35,221 nucleotides of DNA, taken from the sequence record SRR31156797_927. One strand, given 5' to 3'. This document shows, one piece after another, positions 1 through 7,909 of the stretch. Numbering within the stretch: position 1 is the first letter of the stretch; every line of letters starts with the position of its first letter. The notes under the pieces were generated by a model, which had not been told where the DNA came from, searched no databases, and worked only from the letters and a program-made list of their open reading frames with translations. The position numbers were made by a program, and so were the translations under genes.

Positions 1-297
1 GTATATGGGATAGGTGGACAGGTGACTGTGTCCGGACCAGGATGTGGCGATACCCTGGCATACGCGGGAGAGTTCCTCGCGCAGGATGACCTCGGAAATT
101 TTGTCCACACCGGCGCCGCCGTACTCTTCCGGATAGCGCACGCAGAGATACCCCATTTTTCCCATCAGAGGGAACAGATGCTTGGGGAAGGTCTGGGTAC
201 GTTCGGCCTTTTCCACCAGAGGCTCGATTTCCTTCTGGCAGAATCGGCGAAACTGTTCTCGCAAAATATTGTGTTGTTCCTGCACGAATGGTTCCAC
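1..297 (-). CDS. Acyl-CoA dehydrogenase, N-terminal 99 aa (runs off window)
   Basis: Not in ORF track; translated by hand from GTG at 297 (GAGGAG RBS upstream): MEPFVQEQHNILREQFRRFCQKEIEPLV...MGYLCVRYPEEYGGAG...LREELSRVCQGIA. Typical ACAD N-domain; 64/99 identical to the ACAD at 12456 by manual alignment. Confidence 0.92.
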   Translation of the reverse strand, partial: MEPFVQEQHNILREQFRRFCQKEIEPLVEKAERTQTFPKHLFPLMGKMGYLCVRYPEEYGGAGVDKISEVILREELSRVCQGIATSWSGHSHLSTYPIY

Positions 298-416
298 TAA
301 CGCTCCTCTTTTCCTTAGTTGGGAATCAAAAAATGATTCCTTGAAATGCCGTTGATTTTGGATAATGATCTTCCAGCCAATACTCGGTTATGATCTTAAT
401 GTTTCAATGCAACTCC

Positions 417-1109
417 TTAACGTTCCTGCCACATCCCAATTGGGAAGTTATTGCGCATAAATTCCACCAGATACTCGCCGCTTTTGATGATATGGCTTTC
501 CGTACGACGTCTAACCTCTTCGGCCTGACCCTTTTTAAAGGCCTCCAGAATGGACTGGTGATCCTCAATATTAAGGGATATGCGGCCGGGCGCGGAGAGT
601 ACGATAAACCAATAACTGGTGAACCGGGAGTTTTGCAGAATAAGTTCAATCAGGCGTTGATTGCCGCACTTGAGATTGATGACCCGGTGAAATTCGTGAT
701 TCAATTTCTGCCATTCCTGAACATTTTCGATTTCCAAACGTTGCTGTTGCCTCAGGTTTTGCTCCAACTTATGGATATCTTTTTCTTCAATGTGTTTGGC
801 GGCCAGCATGGCCGCGAAACCTCCCAGCATGGCATGCACCTGGTAATTTTCCGAGATGCGGACCAATGAAATTTCGGCCACGGAGGCTCCCTTGAACGGC
901 TCGGTGGTTACGAGACCCTCTTCTTCCAGGATGTTCAAGGCTTGGCGCACCACCATGCGGCTAACCGAAAAGGTTTTGACCAGGTCATTTTCCACCAGAC
1001 GCTCCCTGGGGAGGCGGATGCCCGAGTAGATTTCCCCGGAAAGGACCTTGAGTATCTGTTTTAGTTCCGTTTGGAGCCCGGTGGATTTGGCGGTTCCTCG
1101 TGTTTTCAT
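417..1109 (-). CDS. GntR-family transcriptional regulator (FCD/VanR-type)
   Basis: wHTH RLVENDLVKTFSVSRMVVRQAL..LEEEGLV; FCD domain with NHEFH, EDH and ESH His residues. Confidence 0.93.
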   Translation of the reverse strand: MKTRGTAKSTGLQTELKQILKVLSGEIYSGIRLPRERLVENDLVKTFSVSRMVVRQALNILEEEGLVTTEPFKGASVAEISLVRISENYQVHAMLGGFAAMLAAKHIEEKDIHKLEQNLRQQQRLEIENVQEWQKLNHEFHRVINLKCGNQRLIELILQNSRFTSYWFIVLSAPGRISLNIEDHQSILEAFKKGQAEEVRRRTESHIIKSGEYLVEFMRNNFPIGMWQER

Positions 1110-1157
1110 GATGTCACCCTCCGATCGGTCCCCATTGTCAGCCGATCTCCGATTCTT

Positions 1158-1185
1158 GGGCCGGGGAGGGCGTCCCCTCCGGCCC
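1158..1185 (-). other. GC-rich intergenic hairpin between dctP and gntR (attenuating or stabilising)
   Basis: GGGCCG-GG-GAGGG-CGTC-CCCTC-CGGCCC: 11-bp stem with a 2-nt bulge; no strong U-tract. Confidence 0.45.
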
Positions 1186-1204
1186 CGGTTTAACGATCAA
1201 TTTT

Positions 1205-2233
1205 TTAATTTTGCTTATCGTTGTAGATGGAAGTTTCCGCCAGATATGTCTGAAGGATTTGTACCGCTTTGGCTGAAAGTTCGCTGCGTTCGGCCACTTT
1301 TTTCCACATGGGACGGGTCGCCTCCTTAAACTTGGCGAACTCGGCGTCCGAAAGGCTGGATACTTTCACCTTCTTGGTATCGAGCCCTTCCTGATCCCAT
1401 TTCTTGTTGAGCTTGGCGGTCCACCGCATGGTGTTCAGGGCGGCCCGGGTCACCGCTTCCTGCATCTCCTTGGAAAGTCCCTTCCATGTTTTCATGTTCA
1501 TGGTGAGATCGATCACGCAGGGTGAATAGACCCCGGGCATGACCATGTAATCGATAACCTCATACAGTTTGTAGGCTTCCACGGTATACCAGGGATAAAT
1601 GGTTCCCTCAATGGTGCCCCTCTGTAAGGAAGTGTACTGCTCCGCCGCGGAAAGGGATACCGGGGTGCCTCCCAGGAGTTTAATGGTGGTGGCCTGGGGC
1701 CCGGCCCCTCTTATCTTTTTACCTTTAAAGTCGCTCATCTTGGTGACGGGGAATTTCGTGAGAAAACCGAGGGTTCCCATGGGGATGGGGACGAGATAAC
1801 GCACGCCGTGCCGGGCCAGTGCTTCCTGCATCAACTCAAGGAGGCCGTGGTTCAGAAACAGATCTTCCACCTGCTCAGGCGAATTCCAGCTAAAGGGAAG
1901 CCACTCCCAACTGGCTTCTTTGACGACCCCTCCATAGTATAGAAGGGCGGAATACATTCCGTCCACCATCCCCTTTTGCATGGCGGAAAACGCTTCTTTT
2001 GTTTTGAGTATCTGGCCTGCGTAGAAAAGTTGTACTTTGAGTTGCCCTCCGCTTTCTTTATTTACCTGGTCGGCGAAATACACCATGCTTCCGGCGCCAT
2101 GGCTGGCGCCGGTATAGTTTACTTGAAAGCGGAGGGTCCTTTCCGCCCTCGCCGGGCTGCTCCCAATACAAAACATAAATGCCAGAATCAATCCCGCCAA
2201 AAACCATCTCTTGCCAGTCAAATTGCTTCCCAT
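1205..2233 (-). CDS. dctP: TRAP transporter substrate-binding protein
   Basis: Signal peptide (ARA|E); ESGGQLKVQLFYAGQ; DFKGKKIRG with the conserved carboxylate-binding Arg; EQYTSLQRGTIEG. Confidence 0.93.
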   Translation of the reverse strand: MGSNLTGKRWFLAGLILAFMFCIGSSPARAERTLRFQVNYTGASHGAGSMVYFADQVNKESGGQLKVQLFYAGQILKTKEAFSAMQKGMVDGMYSALLYYGGVVKEASWEWLPFSWNSPEQVEDLFLNHGLLELMQEALARHGVRYLVPIPMGTLGFLTKFPVTKMSDFKGKKIRGAGPQATTIKLLGGTPVSLSAAEQYTSLQRGTIEGTIYPWYTVEAYKLYEVIDYMVMPGVYSPCVIDLTMNMKTWKGLSKEMQEAVTRAALNTMRWTAKLNKKWDQEGLDTKKVKVSSLSDAEFAKFKEATRPMWKKVAERSELSAKAVQILQTYLAETSIYNDKQN

Positions 2234-2287
2234 GTGTACTTCCTCCTTAAGTAGTGGTTAATAAATATTTAAACCCAAAGGACGAAG

Positions 2288-2421
2288 ATAGTAAATGATA
2301 TTGTGAAAAAAATGTCAAGATGATTTTACAATTTTTAATAAAATTGTTAACAATAATATTTTAAAAATACTTGACAGGCACATTTATCATGAATTAGATT
2401 GTTTTCAAAATCGTAAACAAT
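2288..2421. promoter_or_regulatory. Divergent sigma70-type promoters with candidate GntR operators
   Basis: Plus strand: TTGACA 2371-2376, 18 nt, TAGATT 2395-2400. Minus strand: TTGACA 2318-2313 and TACTAT 2293-2288 (19-nt spacer, weaker). Perfect palindrome ATTGTTAACAAT 2343-2354; related ATTGTTTTCAAA 2398-2409 and ATCGTAAACAAT 2410-2421. Confidence 0.65.
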
Positions 2422-2457
2422 TAAGCGCATATCTTATTTAGGAAGGATCTTAAGAAA

Positions 2458-2895
2458 ATGAGCCATAGGAATCCTGAACTGGTTTTTGAAGATTTGAAGA
2501 AAGGCCGCATCTTCCGGCCCATGAAATTCACTATCAATCGCGACCGTGTAGAGGACTACATGGAAACCGTGGGTGATTATAATCCCTTATATGGAGATAC
2601 GGCCGGCGCGGAATATGCGGGTAGTTCCATTGCCCCTCCAGGATTGGCCGCGGTCTTTGCCCGGCTCTCCTATCTCCAGGACAACACCATGCCTTCGGGT
2701 GGAATTCTGGCGAAGCAAGAGTTCGAGTTTCGTTCTCCCGCGCAGGTAGGCGACGTGCTCACGGTCCAGGCCCGGGTCTTTGACAGCTACCTGGATGAAA
2801 AAGGACGTAGGAGGGTCAATTTCCTCATACAAGCCGTGAATCAGGACCAAAAAGAGATCTGTCTGATCCGTCTTTTCGCCATCTGGCCCAAGTAG
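2458..2895 (+). CDS. MaoC/hotdog dehydratase subunit, probably non-catalytic (HadA-like)
   Basis: GDYNPLY...IAPPG (catalytic His replaced by Tyr); QEFEFRSPAQVGD. Confidence 0.8.
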   Translation: MSHRNPELVFEDLKKGRIFRPMKFTINRDRVEDYMETVGDYNPLYGDTAGAEYAGSSIAPPGLAAVFARLSYLQDNTMPSGGILAKQEFEFRSPAQVGDVLTVQARVFDSYLDEKGRRRVNFLIQAVNQDQKEICLIRLFAIWPK

Positions 2896-3330
2896 ATGAA
2901 AAGGAGTGTGAAAATGAGATTAAAAATCGGCGAAAAACTGCCGTCCGTGACCAAGGATATTGACCAGGAAAGAATCATGGGCTGGGCCAGGCTGTCCGGA
3001 GATTTTAACCGGCTGCACGTGGATCCGGAATATGCCCGGGAAACGCCTTTTAAGGGAACCATCGCCCATGGACCCATGTCTCTGGCCTTTTTAAATGAAC
3101 TGATGATGAATTGCTTCGGTCAGGGCTGGGTCAATGGGGGCCGGCTTCTGGACGTGCGTTTCCTTTCCCCTATCCAGCCCGGTGATCGAATCATCATAGG
3201 TGGTGAGGTAAAGGACCTTCAGCGTGAAGGGAACGTCGGCTGGGTTGAGTGCAGCCTGTCCGTCACCAAGGCCGATGATCGGATTGCCGTATCCGGACGG
3301 GCCATGGTTCCCCTTAAGGAGGATGAATGA
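2896..3330 (+). CDS. MaoC-family (R)-specific enoyl-CoA hydratase, catalytic subunit (start may be 2914)
   Basis: SGDFNRLHVDPEYA..TPFKGTIAHG hydratase-2 motif with Asp/His dyad; RFLSPIQPGD. Confidence 0.9.
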   Translation: MKRSVKMRLKIGEKLPSVTKDIDQERIMGWARLSGDFNRLHVDPEYARETPFKGTIAHGPMSLAFLNELMMNCFGQGWVNGGRLLDVRFLSPIQPGDRIIIGGEVKDLQREGNVGWVECSLSVTKADDRIAVSGRAMVPLKEDE

Positions 3331-4601
3331 TGAACGGGTCACATTTGTCCCGGAAAGTTACCGCGGCGGAGGCCATTGGCGCTTTGAAACCGGGTTGGAG
3401 GGTCTCCCTCCCTTTGTGTTGCGGTCTGCCCCAAAGTCTGGTGGAGGCATTGGTGATGGACGCGGACCGGCTCAAAAAAATGGAAATGGTCAGCGGCCTG
3501 CAGATCGTTTACCCCTTTCTGGCGGACGGCCTTGAGGAGTCCTTCACCTTTCGGACCTGGCAGTGCGCCCCGGCCATCCGCCAACACCTGGAAACCGGAA
3601 GGGTAAAGTATATTCCCATGCGTCAGGGTGACGCGGTCCGGGTCTTCGGACCCCGGGGACCGTGGCCCGTGGATGCGGTCCTGATTCAGGTTTCACCCCC
3701 GGATTCCGAGGGGCGGTGCAGCCTGGGAACCTCCATCGGCCACTCATTGCCGTTGGCCCTGGAAGCGAAGCTGGTGATTGCCGAGGTAAATGAGCGCATG
3801 CCACGGGTGCTGGGTCAGGGATTTATCCATCTGTCTCAGATCGATTTCCTGGTGGAATCGGATCGGGGGCTTCCGGAATTTCCTTCCGGGGGAGAGCCCG
3901 GCGAAAAGGAACGCACCATCGGCCGTCTGGCCGCGGGGCTGATCCCCGACGGGGCCACGGTTCAGATCGGTCTGGGCGCCATCCCCGAGGCAATCATGGA
4001 CCAGCTTGCCCATAAACGGGACCTGGCATTTTATGCCATGGGAATCGACAAAATGGTCGATTTGGTGGAGGCGGGAGCGGTAAGGCGGGATTCCGGCCCG
4101 GCCATCATGGTTACCGAGATTTTGGGAAGCCGAAAGATTTTCGATTTTGTTCACGAAAACCCCCTGGTGGAGGGCCGCCCATTGCCCGAGATGATTAATT
4201 CCAGGATGGCGGGACGTATCCCCCGCTTCTGTTCGGTACTCTCCGCCCTGGAGGTGGATCTCACGGGCCAGGTCAATGCGGAGACCATCCGGGGCAAGCA
4301 GTTGAGCGCGGTGGGAGGCAGCTTTGATTTTTTACAGGGGGCGCTCTTCTCCCAAGAAGGCGTGGCCATTATTGCCCTGCCTTCCACCACCCCCGGAGAT
4401 AAGATTTCCCGCATTGCGGTCCGGCTATCGGCCGGTTCGGCGGTGACCACCCCACGACATTCGGTGCAATACGTGGTCACCGAGTATGGGGTTGCGGAAT
4501 TGTGGGGCCGCTCCATGGGTGAGCGGGCCTTGGCCCTTTCACGGGTGGCTCACCCTGCCTTTCGCGAAGAACTGGAGCGGGAAGCGGCCCGGTTCGGGTA
4601 A
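3327..4601 (+). CDS. Acetyl-CoA hydrolase/4-hydroxybutyrate CoA-transferase family protein (atypical active site)
   Basis: QVSPPD..G.CSLG; IAEVNERMP; IPDGATVQIGLGAIP; LEVDLTGQVNAE; VTTPRHSVQYVVTEYGVAEL. Overlaps the upstream stop (ATGA). Confidence 0.9.
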   Translation: MMNGSHLSRKVTAAEAIGALKPGWRVSLPLCCGLPQSLVEALVMDADRLKKMEMVSGLQIVYPFLADGLEESFTFRTWQCAPAIRQHLETGRVKYIPMRQGDAVRVFGPRGPWPVDAVLIQVSPPDSEGRCSLGTSIGHSLPLALEAKLVIAEVNERMPRVLGQGFIHLSQIDFLVESDRGLPEFPSGGEPGEKERTIGRLAAGLIPDGATVQIGLGAIPEAIMDQLAHKRDLAFYAMGIDKMVDLVEAGAVRRDSGPAIMVTEILGSRKIFDFVHENPLVEGRPLPEMINSRMAGRIPRFCSVLSALEVDLTGQVNAETIRGKQLSAVGGSFDFLQGALFSQEGVAIIALPSTTPGDKISRIAVRLSAGSAVTTPRHSVQYVVTEYGVAELWGRSMGERALALSRVAHPAFREELEREAARFG

Positions 4602-4673
4602 AATCATCGGCCCGCATGGGTCTCCGGCAAAATGTATGAAAGGTTTGACTCCTTCATGAGAAAGGAGAATTCC

Positions 4674-6194
4674 ATGATATCGGTTACGCTGCCCCATTTA
4701 TTGCGCCGATGTGCCGCCAAATTCTCCGGCAAGGAGGCCATTGTCAGCCGGGAAGGGCGATGGACCTTTGGCCAGTGGGACAAAAATTCCAATAAAAGGG
4801 CAAACGTGCTGGCATCCTTGGGAGTGAAAAAGGGCGATCACGTGGCCACCCTGTTCCTGAACGGCAGGGATGTTCTGGAGACCTATTTCGCCCTGTTGAA
4901 GCTGGGCGCTGTTTTGGTCCCCTTGAACGTGCGTATGACGCCGTCGGAGCATGAAAACCTGATCATCCATGCCCGGGCGAAGTATGTCATCTACGGACCG
5001 CAATTCAAGGGTGTGACACAGAAGATAAAAGATAGCCTGCCGCAAGTGGCGGCATGGATCGGATGCGAGGGGGCCGGTGGGCCTGCGCCGGATCTTAACC
5101 GGCTCATGGATCAACAAAATGATCATGATCCCATGGTGGCGGTGGCGGAGGAAGACATGGCCTGCATCCTCTATACCGCCGGGACCACCGGTAAACCCAA
5201 GGGCGTCATGCTTTCCCACCGTAACTGCTTGTGGGCAGCCATCAACCTGGCACAGGACAGTACATTCTCCGGACATTTCCGCGTGCTTTTGGTCTTCCCC
5301 CTTTTCCATTCCGCGGCCTTCAGCCTTGTTAACGTCAGTCTTTATCTGGGTTGTACGCTGGTGTGCATGGAAGAATTCAATCCGAAAGCGGTGATGGATC
5401 TGGTCGCCCATGAGCGGGTCAGCAAGATGGCCTTCCCACCCACGGTCTGGAATTTCATTTTGCAGCTTCCGGATTTGGACCGATACGATACCTCGTCGGT
5501 GGAATCCATATCATCCGGCGCAGAAGTGATGCCTCTCGAGACGAAAAATAGGCTTATGGCGATATTTCCCGGGGCCAAACTGGGCGAGACCTACGGTATG
5601 ACCGAAACCGTGGCGGCCATAACCACCCTCAAGCCCGAATATGTCACGAAAAAGGCCGGGTCCGTGGGTCTGGCATTCACCAATATGGAAATCCGCGTGG
5701 TAAATGAGCGGGACCGGGATGTGCCCCGGGGCGAGGTGGGTGAGGTTCTGGTCCGGGGTCCGAACGTGATGCAGGGATATTTCCGGGATTCCGCGGAAAC
5801 GGCACTTTCTCTCCGGGGCGGGTGGCTCCACACGGGAGACCTGGGCCGCCTTGACAAAGAAGGCTTCCTCTATCTGGTTGATCGCAAAAAGGAAATGATC
5901 ATATCAGGTGGTGAAAATATTTATCCCAGGGAAGTTGAGGAAGTGCTGTACACCCATCCGCATATCTCTGAAGCTGCTGTTTTGGGATTGGCCGATCCCA
6001 TTTGGGGCGAACGGGTGCATGGGGTGGTAAGCCTCAAACCGGGGCGCCTTCTCACGGAGGCGGAAGTGATCGCCTTTTGCGGGAAGCGCCTGGCCGGATT
6101 CAAAAAAACCAAGTCCGTGGCGTTTGTGGACAAGCTGCCCAGGTCGCCGGCGGGCAAGGTCCTCAAGCGTTTGCTCCGGGATAAAGGCGAATAG
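4674..6194 (+). CDS. Acyl-CoA synthetase (class I adenylate-forming)
   Basis: AAGGAG RBS before ATG 4674; YTAGTTGKPKG, YGMTE, GWLHTGDLG, DRKKEMIISGGENIYP, GKVLK. Confidence 0.93.
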   Translation: MISVTLPHLLRRCAAKFSGKEAIVSREGRWTFGQWDKNSNKRANVLASLGVKKGDHVATLFLNGRDVLETYFALLKLGAVLVPLNVRMTPSEHENLIIHARAKYVIYGPQFKGVTQKIKDSLPQVAAWIGCEGAGGPAPDLNRLMDQQNDHDPMVAVAEEDMACILYTAGTTGKPKGVMLSHRNCLWAAINLAQDSTFSGHFRVLLVFPLFHSAAFSLVNVSLYLGCTLVCMEEFNPKAVMDLVAHERVSKMAFPPTVWNFILQLPDLDRYDTSSVESISSGAEVMPLETKNRLMAIFPGAKLGETYGMTETVAAITTLKPEYVTKKAGSVGLAFTNMEIRVVNERDRDVPRGEVGEVLVRGPNVMQGYFRDSAETALSLRGGWLHTGDLGRLDKEGFLYLVDRKKEMIISGGENIYPREVEEVLYTHPHISEAAVLGLADPIWGERVHGVVSLKPGRLLTEAEVIAFCGKRLAGFKKTKSVAFVDKLPRSPAGKVLKRLLRDKGE

Positions 6195-6378
6195 GGCCTT
6201 ATGAGAAACCGGTTTCGCTTTTAAGAGATGTGAAACGGACGGCGGACAACGACAACATCATCGCGCACGGGGAAGGGGGTGATTCCATAAAAAATAAATG
6301 AATCATACGCTCAAGAACCGGCGCCGGTATGGGAAAAACTTCAGTTTACAACCTTCATCTTGAAAAGGGAGAGGAAAC

Positions 6379-7398
6379 ATGAAAATGACCCGATTTGTTG
6401 TATGTGCATTCCTGGCTTTGATGGTTCCATTCGCCGTCCTGAATATTTCAAAAGACGCAATTGCAGAGGATAAATCGATTCGAACTCTGAAATTGGCAAC
6501 TCTTTACTCTGAAGGGAAGGAGCTTTTTAAGACCGTACAGTTTTTTGCCGATGAAGCGGAGAAAAGAACCCAAGGTAGAATTAAATTCAAAATTTTCCCG
6601 GGCAATTCCCTGGTCCCTTCCAAACAGGCCCTGTCGGGTGTTCACAGGGGAGTGGTGGATGCGGCATTTGTTCCGGCTGCCTATGAACAGCAACTATGGC
6701 CCATAACAGCCATGACCATGACCTTTGGGGCCCCGAATCTCACCTATGAAAATTGGCGGAAGATCCACGATCCCATCAGAGACATTATGAACCGGAGCCT
6801 GAACATCAACGTGGTGATCCTCGGCATGCCCCATGTGCTCAATTATTTTTTCTATGCAAAGAAACCCGTCACGGGCACTTTGAAAGACTTCAATAATACC
6901 CTCGTGAGAAGCGCCGGCGGGGCCTACGATCCCTCTTTCAAGGCGCTGGGATGCGCGCCCGTGAAGATACCGGCGCCCGAGGTTTATATGGCCTTACAAA
7001 AGGGGACCATCGATAGCGGATGGAATATTTACAGCCGGTATGTGGAGGGAAAATTGTACGAGGTCGTACCCAATGTGGTGGTGATCCCCAAAGGAATGGT
7101 TATCAGCGGACAACACTTTATTATCAATAAGAAGATATGGGAAAGTCTGCCCCCTGATATCCAAAAGATCTTACTCCAGGTGGGAACGGACGTTGTCGCC
7201 TTCACCAACGACAACTCCGCAGCGTCGGATAAAAAAGTCCTGGAAGAGATTCTTCCCGAAATGGGAATCAAACCCATCGTCATGAGCGAAGCGGAAAACA
7301 AACGCCTGATTGGTCGCCTCATGCCGGTATGGGGTCCGGTCAAGGAAAGATTGGGGAAACCGGGTGCGCAGATCGCGGAAATTCTCGGGGTGAAGTAG
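6379..7398 (+). CDS. dctP: TRAP transporter substrate-binding protein
   Basis: Signal peptide; RTQGRIKFKIFPGNSL; LVRSAG (Arg); EVYMALQKGTIDS; followed by dctQM. Confidence 0.92.
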   Translation: MKMTRFVVCAFLALMVPFAVLNISKDAIAEDKSIRTLKLATLYSEGKELFKTVQFFADEAEKRTQGRIKFKIFPGNSLVPSKQALSGVHRGVVDAAFVPAAYEQQLWPITAMTMTFGAPNLTYENWRKIHDPIRDIMNRSLNINVVILGMPHVLNYFFYAKKPVTGTLKDFNNTLVRSAGGAYDPSFKALGCAPVKIPAPEVYMALQKGTIDSGWNIYSRYVEGKLYEVVPNVVVIPKGMVISGQHFIINKKIWESLPPDIQKILLQVGTDVVAFTNDNSAASDKKVLEEILPEMGIKPIVMSEAENKRLIGRLMPVWGPVKERLGKPGAQIAEILGVK

Positions 7399-7420
7399 AT
7401 TGATCCAAGGAGATAATCCT

Positions 7421-7909
7421 ATGTTGTTGCGATTGATCACACGTGTAAACTTCATGGTGGATTGTCTTACCGCAGTCTCCTTTGTAATCATCACCGCCGG
7501 GGTGCTCATTGCGGTTTTCGGGCGATATCTTTTCCGATGCCCCGTACCGTCAGCCATGGAAGCTGCTTACTACGCCATGTTGTGTTGTGCCTTTTTGCAG
7601 ACCGGAAAGGCGCTTTTTGAGGGAAAACATGTGGCCATGTCTTTTTTATTGGACCGGGTGTCGGGAAAATCAAAGGCGGTCCTCGGCATTGTGGTCAATG
7701 TCATCATTTTGATAACGGCCCTGTTCATGAGTTGGTATGCAGCTTCCTTTAGCTGGGAGTCTTTTCTTTTCAAATGGTGCGCTTCCGGCTCGCTACCCGT
7801 TCCCCTGTTTTGCCTTTATGGAATTATGGCTTTCGGCACGGTTTACCTCGGTTTTATCGCCGTATTTAAAATGATTGAATATGGGAAACAGATCAGGAAG
7901 GGAAATTAA
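7421..7909 (+). CDS. dctQ: TRAP transporter small permease
   Basis: AAGGAG RBS before ATG 7421; four hydrophobic segments; VFGRYLF and GKHVAM motifs. Confidence 0.9.
   Translation: MLLRLITRVNFMVDCLTAVSFVIITAGVLIAVFGRYLFRCPVPSAMEAAYYAMLCCAFLQTGKALFEGKHVAMSFLLDRVSGKSKAVLGIVVNVIILITALFMSWYAASFSWESFLFKWCASGSLPVPLFCLYGIMAFGTVYLGFIAVFKMIEYGKQIRKGN

Noticed and set aside
322-340. Inverted repeat GGAATCA-N5-TGATTCC upstream of the left ACAD
   Set aside because: Single short AT-rich stem that does not match the GntR motif; no function can be assigned.
22-869. Plus-strand ORFs 22..300 and 390..869
   Set aside because: Antisense to the ACAD and gntR genes; no recognisable motifs.
6260-6378. Possible cobalamin riboswitch (GGGAAG..GGTGATTCC) upstream of an operon segment containing a B12 enzyme
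   Set aside because: The loop is too short for the GGTG.AA.TCC element, and no CCC.C.ACTGT or GCCACTG B12-box core follows.
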